A stretch of 64,000 bases of DNA from Sphaeroforma arctica JP610 (GCF_001186125.1 NW_014040545.1:151700-215699), one strand, 5' to 3'. Shown: positions 40,258 through 55,100, counted from the first letter of the stretch. The notes: generated by a model from the letters alone, not told the origin. Numbers and translations are program-made.

Positions 40258-40811
40258 AACTCTTCTTCGTATATATAATAAGCTTACGTACATAATAGTT
40301 GAAATAGTTCAACTCACCTCTGTAACCACATCTTCAGTTACCAGGTTATAATGCGCAGTTGATAACAAACCGCAATATAACTATAGGCATATCCATCTCA
40401 ACGCTTTCACTAAAATATTAAGCGGTATTTTTAGCACCCCATCGTAACCTTAACAGGGTATAGCAATATTTCTTCCAGACAGTTACCATCGGAAATTAGC
40501 AACAACAAACAACGGTGTGGCATCCGTAACAATGGGCAAATGTCAATCAACACCGTGTATTTCAGCAGCTCAGTCACAATCCGTAAGCATCCTAATAGCA
40601 ACGACAGGATCCCGTCCATCACGACCAATTTAAAGTTACAACCAAGGCAAGATAATTGTATGAACCGTTTGATGTACAATTACGCCACCCTTGGCCACTA
40701 AAAACAGCTCGATATCGATGCAGTCCAACTAAGTGCATACTGTACAATGCCGTGTGTTTATTGACAAATGCATTGTGATACATTGCTTGCAACACTGTAC
40801 TAATCTAGCCT

Positions 40812-43800
40812 TCATGTTTGACTTACTTGATCGTAAGACTTTCCTATGAAAAGAATCAGTTGCAGTAGACGCGTTCTGAACTCAATATGCTGTCGCTTCC
40901 TCTGCGACAGTACGATCTGGCGTTAAATAGAAAACCAAGCCAGATATGCAGAATCACGCTGTAAGAAGTAGTGCCGACCAAGTAGAGGCATCTACAGCAC
41001 AATGCTTGACAAGGGGGAGGTGTAGCTGGCAAATGAGAGCCACCGAAGCTAAACATGGAAAGCACCGGTTCACACAGTAGCACAGCACAGGCTGACTCAA
41101 TATTCATGGCCGAGCCCAGCAATACTGATAGATTTCTATACTAAGAATTATCCTTTCCCCCTTACCCTCTTAACCCCCCGCCACATCCCCCTGTATTAAA
41201 GGGAGACAGTAGTGGCTGACAGGACAAGTGTTTAATGCCCTGCCACCGTCATAGCCCAGTCGTTTCAGTGAGAGCGCAGTCTGACTACTTAGGCAGCACA
41301 GATTAATTGTGGAGAGATTTCCCCCAAAATCGTAGCAGTAGAGGCTGGGCGAGGAAGTGTGTGACAATCGGCAGCTATTGGGCACAGGCTGACATCCAAC
41401 ATTGCGACACTCAGTCAGTCGCACAGCAGATTCAAGACTGTGCAGCAAACATGGTCGGAGCAGTACTGTGGATGTATTGGAAGTCTGCCACCACAGCCAC
41501 ATAGGCTGACTACGAAGAGTGTGGCAACTGAAAGCTCTAGCACCACAAGCTGGTTGTGAAGTAGTTTAGCCCTCGACTATTGGTACTGCAATAGTTAGTA
41601 GACCGTGTCTGAGTCTCCCGCCGCTAGAGCATTACAGGCGGACCATGTCAGTATGTTGTACTCGGCCATAGAAGCAGGGTGCGCTGTCCCGCCCCTCATT
41701 AGAGTAACACAGACTGACCGTGGAAGAGCTTAGTACCCAGCTTCTTGTACTGCATCAGGAGAAGAATCGCAGTTATTCGATGCAGTGGGAAGAGATGCTC
41801 TTCTATGATCAAATGTGACAAAGCATTCGCGAGAAATGCAGTCTCTAAAGCTTACAATTTTATTGTTGTAGCCAAACTGGTTATGCACTATCTAGGCATA
41901 CAAAGCCTAATTTTTAGGTTGCAAAATGTTACACTACAAATCAACAACAGCAGTGAATATCCGCACGAGTAGAATGGAACACACACAGTACACTCATTAA
42001 AATTTGTAGAATGTAAAATACACAATAGTCGCTCGTGGTCAGGTGGTGCATAGTAAGTCTATCTTGATACCTGAGTAGTTCATTTGACATGCACGCATGG
42101 AACACACATAAGTTTGCCTACTCGACTTGAATCCACAATACAATCACTGAGCTCTGCGCATGCATCAGAGAGTGTGTCCACGTATCATCCATAGCAGACT
42201 AATCGTGCAATGATTTGGATGTCCAGGTACTTTTCATACCGTCCACATAGTAGATGTATCGCACTTTGACACCACGTTGCAGCAATCTTAATTTAGAACC
42301 TCCCACGAGAAATGAACAGTATATTTTCTCTCTAGCCACTATGAGGGCTAACAGCACACACTGTAATCTGCACCGGCAAAACAAACTGCCTACTATAATT
42401 GCATACGTCCTCGCACATTCTTTCCTATATATATATATATTACTCGGCTAAATACACCCTACATACCTGTTCAAAGAATACAAAGCAGAGCAAGTTGTAC
42501 GGGCACATTCGTGCGTAGTTGGCTGTATTGACGGTAAGACAAAAAGATAGGACAAGAGTATGAAAAGGTTAGCGAACACTTCGAAGGCATAGGAATGAAA
42601 AAAATAAAACATTGAATCACCAACAGTCATGTTGTATCTCGACAACGACCGTGCAGGACACGATAATCAATTTATATTTATCACGTAGGAACGCGTCATG
42701 AGCACAGGCGTGTACAAAAGGTTACTACACACCCTTAGTACTTTCATTCAACCACTGGAAAAGAAAATGAAATACGATAGACGGAGCAATGTCAGCTCTC
42801 AGTAGCCTAGTCCCCCTGAAAGCACAATCCTTATACAGGCGGACGAGCTGACATCTAGAATCAGTCCTTAGTATTGAAGTGAACGATTGATATGTTGATG
42901 ACGCAACCAAATAAATATCATAAATTGGTAATCATATTCAGAGATTTCAACTATGGGGTTATCCAATGGAAGGCATTTTGCTATCATATTGTCAACAGTA
43001 AGCCACGCAGACTTTGGCATCGGGAGAACTACCGGACATACAGCCGATGTGGAACATCACAGGTTTGGTTTTGTACAACATTCAACCCCAATGAACTGAA
43101 CACTACGAGATACTGCAGCTGACAGCCGTCCAATACCTGAAGCGCCTTTGAACAAGACAAAGATTCCTTCGGATTTGACGGATTTGACGGCACAATCAAC
43201 GACCCCTGTCGAGAGCGTAAGAGGCAGTACAGGATGATGTGACTGTGCATTTGCATTCAGGGCGTTATCCGAGTGATAGATGTTTCACTTTGATACAGCC
43301 AGGCCCCCCATTTAGACAATCTGGGGATGGGTTAGCGGGCTTTGTATTGATGTTAGTGTGAGCAGTAAAAATCATCGATATGTGCGATAATCTCAGCTTC
43401 AGCCGCTTTCATCAAGAATCCATCATTAATCAATGAACTGGAAACGGATACCTACGCTATCGTTCTGGACATACTCGGAATGTAGATGCAAACTGCACGC
43501 TGGATCGATCATGGCGCAGAATCGATGAACTTCTAGAGCTTTCATCACTTACTTGCAGCAGGTGTACTTCCAGGCAGCAGGTGTGCTTTGAACGCGCGCA
43601 ACAACGCAAAGACCAAACGTATATACGAGTATCCCATAAGCACGACATCAGCATGCATCCCAGTTGTAATAGAATCACTCTCACAACAGTTTATATCACA
43701 CGCGCCGTGTAGGCAAATTCTCAGACACGCCAACAGCTTCTAACTGGGACCACCACATATTCATAATGCAAACACACCTATAGACACTTCGATAAAAGGA

Positions 43801-46800
43801 ACTATGATAAAAGGAACAATGTACCAGTAAGAAGTGTTCGACAGACAGGAATCAGCGGATGCACGTACGATAAGTGTATGCTCCTCTCGGCACTGAGATT
43901 TGCACTTGAGAACCCGCAATAACATAGTGGAAACCTTTCCTTATACCTGGCAGATATCACCCGATGTCTGTCACGACACCAACATAACATGACCGAGCTG
44001 TAGGCAGTATGATCTATCTACACTGTACGATTGTAAACGTACCTTTGTAGTATGCTGGTTTCCCGTTCACTAGCGGCTGGTTCATTATCCTTGCCGCCAG
44101 AAAATCAAACGGTTGCATCAGAGTTATACCTACTGCGGCAGCAGCAGAGCCGCTGAGGATCACACGGTGTTGGTATAGTGAATTAGTATGATGGGCCACG
44201 CAATCACAAATAACTATATTCAAGGTAGATTACACAGCATCTTGCGGTCTACATCATCATGGTGAAACGTCGTATGTCGTATGACACAGGTTTCTTAAGT
44301 GTCAAACGATGAAACGATGGCTGACCAACGTCCCACGTGCTATGTCGAGTGGCTATCTGATCTACTCCCCACCCAGAAACTTATATCAAATTACTAGGGT
44401 TATCTACCTAACTGCTACCACTTGTTTGAGTAAACATTCACCAGTTGAGCTACCGCTCCGTCGGTGATCCTCTTCTTATATACAGACACAGTCAATGCTT
44501 GTTCACTTACTTACTGCCAGAAAACTGCCCAACCACGCACACGCACCCTGGTTCACCTACATTTCTAACTTGTATATCCACTATGGAGTACTTTTCAGCT
44601 TGCTTGTTTAAGTAATTCAACACACCTCACTGCGCTGTTCTGCATGCAACTACCCGCGCGCTTGACTGTACGTGTGAAACCCCATCCACATCACCGCTTG
44701 ACTGAGCATACAGTCTGGGCATCCACTGCCTTGATCTACTCAAGTATTCATCTGCTACTCGTACTTCATGTTACCTATATACATGTCTGTGCCTACCTCT
44801 GATATCACACGCACGTATCCAGATAGTTCCCAAGTAGTATAGTACACCAGTAAGCTCGCATACGCTTTCTTAACATAATCTTGGCATACGAGTGCCTTCC
44901 TAGCGTAAGCCGAGAATATCACATATCCACAGTGTACCTACCTTGTCAGGTGTGTGGTGACGTCATCAGCCCATCCACGTTGAAGCAGGTGATGTTTGCA
45001 GAAGTCGTAACTGGTCAATTGTCCAGTACTGTTTACCGGAGAGAAGAGGGAAGCGACAGGGAGTGTCTGAGAGATGCTTCATTTGATATGTAAGCCAACC
45101 TCGCCAGCAAATGCAAACGAACAAGCCTCTGTTCAGCATAGCAAGTATGAATTCAACGCATCAGCAAGTGATAAGTTGCCAGCATAGTATAAACGGCGGC
45201 AAACGCGCAGATACAATTCGGTTGAGCTGAGAGAAGTGACGCGTAATATGAAGGGTCTACAACTTATACATGCCATGCAATTTACTATAAAAAAACTCAA
45301 TCGCGACTTGGAAGCAGTATATTGATCATGTTGCACACCTAAAGGCAACCACGCGGGGAATAAACGCTGTCACGCCGCGGAAGTAACCTCTGGGGCCCTC
45401 CTGCACGATGATTCGCTTGATTTCTTGTGTTAGAGTTGTCACCTGGTGCTGATGCCCCACCGCTACACTGGAACCCCCGGCACTCGCTGCAAGGGAGCGT
45501 ACGAAGGGGAGGCAAAGGGTTTGGTGATGGTGTATGGTAGGAGGCATGAGTGATCCGTACTGGACCCAGGTCTGATGTATTGAATAGACTGTACTAAACT
45601 TGGTGATAGAGTGAAGTACAATATAAAAGCAAGGTTTCGGGGACACTGCAAAGAACGTGTGGATGACTGAATTGAGAATAAGGCATTTGAGTGCTCTCCA
45701 AGCAGTAGGTAGGAGGCGAATGTACAAAGCGCGGCCAGAAACGTTGTTCAGCACAAAACCGTATACGACTGATTGGATGGGTCAGGTTACACTTGAAGTG
45801 CTGTTTAGGACAGGTGTATTGAACAGAGCTGAGGTCACGAGGGGAGTTTGTTTCATGGACATTGGATACACTGTCTTGATTGAGTGGGTGCTAGTGTTTG
45901 CTAGTACTCTCGGGTTGACAATAGGAGATACATAATTGCAAGTGCGCAAAGGAGTGTTGACACTCCAGATAGAAAGACTTTTGTAAGCGTGTGCGGAAGC
46001 ATCACGTTACCCTGTAGCGAAGAACGTGTCAGGCACTTGCCATGAAATATACAAGCGAATGTCAACAACCAAGTGTTTGGTGAGGTAGGGGCATCATCTA
46101 TACAAAAGTTGTATTGGAATACCTTGAAATCTGGTCTTCATCGCGTAGAAGGGGTTGCCGGCGACTGCTCCGCAAATGCCCGCACCCAAAGCGAGGCCCT
46201 GCAGCCGTTAACGCAGAGAGTAGAGACAGCGGGTGTCAGTTACAACAACTTCCTGAATAATGGCATGTATATTTTTGGCAGCATGTTCCATGAACCCCGT
46301 CCATGCGAACACGCATGAGAGTGCGCGTGAATTACCTTTTTAAATATGGATGCAATGTACAATATAATTTAGAGGGAGCTCTCCAATATCATAGAGAAGC
46401 AACACAGGGTACTGCAGCAGTTTCACGTAAGTATAATTTATGCAAAGGATGACCAGAAAGGCATTGCACAAGCTCGATACAAGCACAATACACCTGTATA
46501 GCCAGGCGATTCACTCTTGTTCTTCGCAAGGCAATGCTATCCAGATATGACTAGGTAAATGCAAATATCATTTTCCATAGGCAGGCGATTCGCTCTTGCA
46601 ATGATATCCAGATATAAATAGGTAAACGCAATAGTCAGTTTCCCAAACGAGTGAACATAAGAACTCACGGTCGATAAATAACCCCACACCGAAGAAGATG
46701 AAAATTTCTATATTGTCAGCCACAACCCAGACTGGGCCACACAGACAAAAAAATATCATAATCCTGCAACTGCGTGCCAATTCATGTTGCATATAATTTA

Positions 46801-48509
46801 CATGAGCCATGCAGTTATAAGTCTGTATGTACTCATTCTCATACGAATTCTACTTAAACAAACTCACCCACCATATTCTGCATGTGCTGATTTGGGCTAT
46901 CTTTGTTGACGCCCAGTAGCTCCTTAGTGTAGTTATAGAAGCCAAACCGGGTCCCTGTGACAGTAATCTGTAGCATACACGCCGCTCCCAGTCCCTTATA
47001 CAGACTACAATATCGGATACCAGTATGGTGTGAGTATGATCGAGTCATCTGGGAAGACTTAAAGTTGGAATTGGAGTTCAACGTGGAGTCCTCACACAAG
47101 TAAAAGGTATATACGCAGGCGAGAGTATCAAAATGTATGCAGTGCAATACTGCTGCGTATCCTTACCCAGCCATGCCCTCGTGCTTGGCAACGTTAATAA
47201 GGGACGATGTAATGCCCGTGTATTGTTTGGCCGAGTGCGATGCCATTTCTCCCTGCAGCTGAAGTCTGTGTGTACAATGTGGTGTGTATGAGTATAAGAA
47301 AGCTATTCGGAGAACTTGGGCAGAGCATATATAAATTTATAAGATCCAGGTATTGGTGGTTTATTGTGGTGCTGTGTTGAGGCAAAGATGCTTATACACA
47401 GTCATGAATACGAGGTTGGTTAGTATGATTACGATGTGTTGTTTTGGCGGTGGTGGATAAAAACCCCTTATCTATAAGAAACATATGTGTGAGTGTAGTG
47501 GCGACAGTGAGCTCGTCGTTAGATGTGGGATTGTAGAGGTGCTATGAAGTGGAAGTTGTGTGTATGTATAAATATGCTTTGCAGCGTCTGCAAATAAGAT
47601 TGCTTCTCAGTTTAGTGTAATCGTGAGGGCTGCGATGTGTGAACCAATGTTGAGCGATCCGCGAAGGGTGCGCTGAACATGGGTACACGGCTGTAACCAT
47701 ATTATCAAACACAACTGTGCTCATACAATGCTGTGTATGTAAGCTGAATGTGCAGTATGCTTTTATACTGAAATAAGAGACAAGATTGGGCGTTACGATC
47801 AATGGTTACACCGAATCTGTAACTAACTTCCACAAACGAAATTATATCGATGTATTCAAGCATGACTGTGTACAGGAATCAAAGGCACTACTTTCATTTC
47901 GAAAAAAAGTGCATACGACTGCCCGATACGATATTACATACTGCAATGACAGGTCCATCGAATCAGATTAAATAGACATATAACCATATGTAACATTACA
48001 CATGCCATCTTCTATAACTAGAGATCATACCCCGTAGTGCAGATACAAGGAGAGTGAGTAGAGACAAACTGAAACGATCCAAGATATATTATATCCTGTT
48101 TTTTCCCGAAGTCGGTGCACTAAAAAGACTGTGTATAGGCTAATCACTAAAATTTTATCCCCCCGACAGACGCTAAGAAATAAAGGATTGCCCTTGGGTC
48201 GTAGCCTACTTTCGTATAAGTATACCTGGGAGGACTCAATACCTTCGTGTTGGACTAGTTTCTTGCGCAACTATCGGATTTACCACTCACCTGAGCCCGG
48301 CCCTATACACAACACTCATTATGTACTGGTAAGCTCACTAGACCTACCACAATTGAACTTGGTTCTCATATCCTTAAATCACAATCATACAGTAGTGCTA
48401 CAGTTGATAAAGCACGACACACTGCATACCTTGTTTTCACCACATCGATTGGGTGCACGATGCAGATCGCAGACACCGCCGAAGCAGCTCCATATAAGAA
48501 GTTCTCCAT
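40812..48509 (-). CDS. Mitochondrial carrier, SLC25A34/35-OAC1 (oxaloacetate/sulfate) subfamily, multi-exon
   Basis: Approximate exons: 48509-48430 (MENFLYGAASAVSAICIVHPIDVVKTR), 47265-47167 (LQLQGE..HEGMAG), 47004-46872 (LYKGLGAA), 46198-46123 (GNPFYAMKTRFQ), 45486-45339 (VAVGHQH..EGPRGYFRG), 45028-44941, 44152-44043 (QPFDFLAARIMNQP), 43206-43137 (DCAVKSVKSEGIFVLFKG), 42522-42467 (NYARMCPYNLLCFVFFEQ). The last two small exons (41749-41719, 40843-40812) are tentative. Three PX[D/E]XX[K/R]XR-type repeats. Confidence 0.88.
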
Positions 48510-49176
48510 GATTTACGAATGCTGTTTCAGATTTCTTTATGTAAGTACAAGTAACGTAGCCTTCGCACCAAGTGCAATAGGCCTCTCAATATGAGAAGCT
48601 GTGATAGGAAGTATGTATGGGTTCAAGATCGCTACTAACTCCAACGCGACGATACAAAGGTTGTGGTAAAGTGCGTTTCTATTTGTACTCTTATTTTTAA
48701 CTTATATACTGAAATTCACTTGAAGTATTTTCAAGCCAAAGTTGTCGGATAGCTACTATCTGAATTTCATCGCATAGTGTTCCCACAAGATATATATCCA
48801 TATATTTAGAAATGTATGATTATACGTGTGGATTTTAGGAATCAATGCACACTATTTACATCCTTTACGGTATGACAAGGTGCCAAGCTGTGACGGAACG
48901 TGACATCATCCATGTAAATGACGTCATATGAACTACTGATTTGAACGAATCAAGATCACTAGTGCTTGTATAGCTTTAATTCCGTATTTTTTTTATATGT
49001 ATAAAAAAAAATTACGATATTTACTTATACTGTAATAACATCATCAGAGCATCACTACATCCGCGAAATCTGCGTATCTACATACGGCACAGGGCAAGCA
49101 CTGAAATATAAATTTCGCTCTATTACCCATACAATAAAATAACCAACAGAAGGTTCTGTGGTGAAGTCTCGTTATC
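48510..49176. promoter_or_regulatory. Probable bidirectional promoter (carrier / EXOC2) with a perfect CRE palindrome
   Basis: Divergent ATGs 667 bp apart; ATGACGTCAT at 48918-48927 and variant TGACATCA at 48901-48908. Confidence 0.5.
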
Positions 49177-52100
49177 ATGGCAGACGTCCGTCCCGAGGTA
49201 ATGGGGCTGAGTCCCTCCTTCGGATATGATACTGGAGGGTCTACTATCACCATCCGCGGAATGAATTTCGGTGTTGATGCCGATGATCTTACTGGTGTGT
49301 ATTTTTTGCTGTAGTTTTCTATAATAATCCTACCTTTTGGATCATTCGTAAAGTGATAGTTTCTCTCTCGATTCGTAAATAGGTATGTTATTTGTTCCAT
49401 CAATATATACAACTACGTGCATGTATATCTGTAGCGGCGATAGACAACATCAGATGCGCACACCTGTATATAGGTTCATCAATGAGTATAGAAGAATCGC
49501 TACATATTACTGTTAATATATATATAAATATATATATATGTATGTGTGTATGAATATNNNNNNNNNNNNNNNNNNNNTATATATATATATACATATATGT
49601 ATATATATATATATGTGTGTATGTGTGTGTGTGTGTGTGTGTATATCTATGTAGTAATATAAGTATATATAAATATGTGTGTGTGGGTGGGTGGGCGTGA
49701 GAATGTGTTTTGTGTGTGTGTGTTTGTGTATGTTTTTGTATATGTTTACTTATGTATGTATATATATATATGTATAAACCACGCTTCGCTATTGTAAGTT
49801 TTGCTAATCACATGTATATCTGCTCGTCCCTGTATTCACTTATTAGGACTGACAATATGCGGTGTGGATCATTTGCATAAGGTGCGGTGGGATTCGTCCT
49901 ACAAGTTGGTCGTGACTACTGCGAAGGTGCGCCTGGACGATTTCCCCCATGCTGAAAGAGGAGCAGACGGACTAAGGTACGGAATTTCAAATGTTTAATG
50001 TATCCCTATTTGCTTTGTCCTTCTAAGCTGGAACGGATGTATTGTGTTTTGAGTAGGCAACGTACTCGTCGTGTAGCTGGAGTGGCGCTAATAGTTCTCC
50101 CGTGCAAATCGATTGGGTGCGCTTGGCTGCTCAGTGACTGCAGCTGAGTTACATTTGGCTGCTCAGTGACTGCAGCTGAGTTACATTTGGCTTCCATAAT
50201 AGTGCTAATAATATTTGTTGTGGCTTGGTTGAATGTTTGTATCGTTTCGGGGCTTTGGTAGTGTATCATGCCCACCCTATCGCAGCTGGACAATTTCTAT
50301 TCAGTTGGCGGCGATCAACATTAGCTAAGCGCGTCTACCTGTTACTTCATAGTTATATATACTCGAAGGGTTTGATCATTTCAGATACTATAGGTGATGG
50401 TATGGCAACCAATCTATTTTGAATATCTATTTCCTTTGCGTATCGGATTTCCCCGTGGCAGGATCCTTTCGGGGCCTGTCTTGGTGTCTACTGCTATGGG
50501 CGGGCAATCCCAGCCATCGCTCATGTTCAAGTTCATCGAGGAGGAGGAAGAAGAAGTCGGTGAGTCCCTTTTGAATTGGAACTGCTATCGGTTGTCCTGT
50601 CAGTGGCTCGAATCAAGATAACACCTTTTATCGCATTTTTTTTCGTTAGGTTATTCGGTGCCATCTGCTAGTCCGTCATCCACAGTGTTATGAGAGTATC
50701 GAAACAAATATTCACCCTTCACCGTGCTTGGATATAAATTAGCTGTTTTAAATCCTCTATGCAGCACATGCATCAAGCAGTAGATGCGCGCCCTTACAGT
50801 AACTCACCTATCTACGCGCAAACACTCGCAACTCGGGAGAGAGTCGGCTTAGGACATACATTGTCTCTAACCACATGCTACGCTCCACATACGATCGAGG
50901 AAGTATGTGTCATCTGCTCATGTGGTCTCCATGTGCGGGTCAATTGGTCTTCTATCGCATTCTGAGCGTGTTAATAACATCTGCTGTATGGGTGTTGTTC
51001 GTCAGTTATCTTTCGCCGTGTATGCTGATTGGCTAGTGGCGATATTAGTTTCATGGCAATCACACTGAACATCTTGAAGTCCCGTTACACAATTGATTAC
51101 AATACTATGGGTTCATTGCTGACTGTGATCAACAAAATGCCACAGATTCGGAAACTGAGATGGATGAGTGGAAAGATGTTCCTGACCGCAGACTGCGCGA
51201 TGGCCCCGACTCGGCGCTCCGAACGGCAGTTGTTATCGAAACGGTGTCTGATCCCTTGTGTATCTATAAAGAGTATGTGAAAGTTTAAGCATAGGTAGCA
51301 TGGGTGTGTGCTAGTTTTTATCGTCTATGTGAGGGAGATGTGTTACATACATCTGTCGTTGTAGAATTACAGTAGATTTGCCTGAAAGAGTGAGAGATGT
51401 CTGTAGTCGAACTCAGATGTATATAAGTGAGTATAAAGGACGTGTTGTGAGACCTCCGACAGGGTGTGACAGTACAGGAATAGAACGCAAACACAATATG
51501 AAGAAATATAGTGTGTACCCATAGTACTTCTGGAGGGGAGAGAGTGGTATATGCAAAGGATTAAGTGTTCAGAAGTCGCGCAGAGTGGAGTATATCTTGA
51601 TTTCCCGGTGTAGTCCAAACGGTTTTGTACTTGCAAGCCTTGTGAATCATGCGCAAATTAGTGATGTGTCATAATATCACAGTGAATTGCGGCCACGCCA
51701 TCGGTTGGCAAATCACTATCGAGTTGATGTGTATGAAGTATTATTCCATTACTGGTATGGATAATTCTGCCTATACATGTATATACTCGTTATACTCACC
51801 CTGATATCAGTTTCAATAGCCTTCACTGTGATAGGTCCGTCCTTGTGCGGTGTATCTGTGACCTGCTTGTCGCTCCTAATAGGCTGGTACGAAGACTGAC
51901 ATGTTGATGTGACTGATTGTAGTGACTAATCATTGTGCGTGGATTGCGTTAGAGTAAGGAAAGATCTCTTAGCTGTGACTAAGTGCTGTAGTATCAGAAC
52001 TCCCTTGTGGATGCTGTGGGACGAATATATTAAGCTGTCAAGTATGTTCTCGATCCATGATCAGCTTCCAATTTTTTCATTCATGAACACTCACATACAC

Positions 52101-55100
52101 TTCCCTGTTCATGCTGCGACACGAACCACCATAAACAAATGATTCAATATGTTGCAGAAATCTGATTTTGAGTCCACCTACCCATGACCCATGCACCTCA
52201 CACTCCCGCTCACGATCGCATGCGTATGGTAAATAAAACCACACCGACAGTGAGAAGAAATCCAAGGGCAAATTCAAAGAAAACGTATTAATTGCCGAAA
52301 CAGCTGTGGACCCTCCCATCCTCGCTTCACTGCGTGAAACCTATCCTCTGGGGACCAGCGATCCCGCTAGTGCCAACTTCGTCCCTGCTTGGTTCTTCGC
52401 GGAGAAACATGCCAATACACCTCTGCATCTGCTGATGGTGGGAAGGTATGAGGGTTTGGAAATCAGTGTGGTCGTTGCAATTGCCAAGGTGCTTTATTTG
52501 GGTGAAGTCTCATTGTGTATATGATATTTAGGCTGTTTTTGGAAATCTAAAACACTATAGAGTCTCTGGCGATGAGCTGGGTTGGGTGAAATCTCACTGT
52601 GTAGATGATATCTAGGCTGTGTCCGGGAATCTAAAACACTGTAATGTTTCTGGCGAGAGTGTATTCTCTAACTTGTGTGTTATAGTGGTAAGTGTGTAGC
52701 TCAGAGGTTCCACGTATGCCGCCTAGGATTTAAATTGCTGTCGTTGTGTGTGTTTGTAAGTTGCCACTGCATAAATAGTTGGGACGGCCGTATGATGTAC
52801 CACCGTTCGCGGCCTTGTCCTTTCCATGAAATTGCGGTTAGTCTGACGCGCATGTTATCATTATGACCGGATCTGATCTGGTACTAGTCAATGGCTCGTG
52901 TAAACACAAGTGTTCCAATGTTATTCTTGAGTTTCATTTATCATGTTGCTCTATGCTCAACTTCAAATAAAAAGCCGGAAAATCTTGTTTTTAACTAAAT
53001 CTGGCATCAAATTCATCTCGCCCGACTCATTCCAAGTGCATTTCTATTACCCCAGTGAGAACTTGGATGCGCTGATTGTCAAGCAGGAGCACGCCGTGAC
53101 GAGTCTGATGAAGGACAATTTCGATCGATATGTGGCATGTCAAGATGTCATTTTGACCATGCAGCAGGTTCTGGAACGCGAAAGGGATGAGACCGGGGGT
53201 GATGTAAGTATGCTAGTCTTTGTGTACGCGAGGTATTGTGTTGAAATATGTTTGCTGAGAGTGGAATTTGTTTCGTATTTCTTGTCATACGACAGACGGT
53301 GGTGTTGAACTTCTCCCAAATGAAGATTGGTGAATTGCTGTCAAACTTTCTTGTTGATAGTACGAGAGTACGTTGTGAGAAGTGTTTGTTAGGTTGTAAG
53401 ACGTATATCTAATTCTGCAAAAGGTGTATGCACGTCACCAGGTTGACAATGGGGCACACCGCGAGTGTGTGTTGAAATTCCTTGTGTTGGGCTTCTGTGT
53501 GTTTCTCTCATGCCTAATTTTGCTTCAAATTTGAGATGAACGAGTATGTATGCTGGACCCACTTGCACGTCCGACCTCATTGCCATGTAAGAAACGAGCA
53601 CGTCTAAATACACGCCACACATGAGATTCCGCACGACAGCAGCGCATCCCACTTGCGTCGCCAACATAAAATGATATAATCTGAATAACCCGTTCACAAC
53701 TTACTAATATTATACCACACATCACCCCCATACACCCATACACCCACTGTATACGTATCTACAGCTGACCCTTACCAATACTATACTACACACCACCCCC
53801 ACAAACCCATACACCCACTGGATACGTATCTACAGCTGACACTTACCAATACTACACCACCCCCACAAACCCACACGCCCACTGGATACGTATCTACAGC
53901 TGACCAAAGGTCTGCAGGACAACCAGCAAATAGTCAGTACCATGGCCAGCGACTACATCAAGCCCTTGCTCGCGCGCAGGGACCGTGCAGAGGCCATCCG
54001 CTCAGTAATTGGGGTGCTGAATAGATACAAGTTTCTCGTGGGACTGCCACATGCCATGCGCTTAGCCATCACCAACGGGCAGTACCTCATCGCCGTCACC
54101 GAGTACGAGAAGGCGCTGTCGCTCTACGGTCACAGCGAAGTCGACTTTGTGCAGCAGGTGTGTCTCTTGCTTACACGATATAGTGGCCAGTGTGGTATAG
54201 ACTTGACTGTTTGAAATGTATGTCGTGATGTAGATTGAACGGGGAATGTATGTGTCCTGGCGTGGGGCGTACGCAGGTGTGTGCGAGTGCCCAAAGGTTG
54301 GAGGCCAATTGGCACCCCATGTCTCATCTGTATGGCCTTGGGAATGTCTTCGAGCTCAGCCACACAGGCTTCGTGCAGCTGGTGCGAAGTGTGTGTGTGA
54401 GTATTTTCCCTCATATGTAGCGTGTGGCATAGCCTGGAGCGCGACTGTTTTCTGGCCAGATGGGATGGAGGTGCTGGGGTGTCCGTTTTACTTGTGAGGT
54501 GTATAGGTGTAACAGCGTGGATGTGTTAGTGGATGAGTGTGGGAGGCGAGTATCGGCCGCGTGGTGGTGTGCTTTGTGTATTGTTCAGTGGAAGACGCCC
54601 ATGTGGGGGAAACCTTAATATACCATGGCGTAATCGTTGTCAGTAACGTAGCGTGAGCATACTCGGCACAGGTATCGTAACCCGTCTGTCCACACATATG
54701 TACTGTTTAGTGAGGAACTGGTTGAGTGTATTCTAAAAATCCTCACAACTGTATCAGTAACAGGTAGTCTAAACCTCTAAATCCGCTACATATACATGGA
54801 CATAAATGCAGATACAAACTTCGCTCTTTATAAAGCATTCCTTCATATATGACAACAGGCATATCGGCCTACACATTCCCCATGACGGATGTTCAGTCTG
54901 GTTCTAGTTGCGTCCATCAAGTAGAGTATCTCCATTCCAGGAGTCTTTTGGCCAGACACATAAGTGGGCAAGGCGTCGCCTTTCACTATTTCTTCTGACC
55001 CGATTTTGTCTATACGGTGATGTATTGCACAAACAGGTGCTCGGCGAAGTGGAGACCATTGCGGACGATCTCAGGACCACGTTGCTGGACAAACTAAGAC

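Noticed and set aside
47157..47166. GTATCCTT as a U12-type 5' splice site
   Set aside because: It lies antisense to the carrier gene and is just the reverse complement of an ordinary GTAAG donor region.
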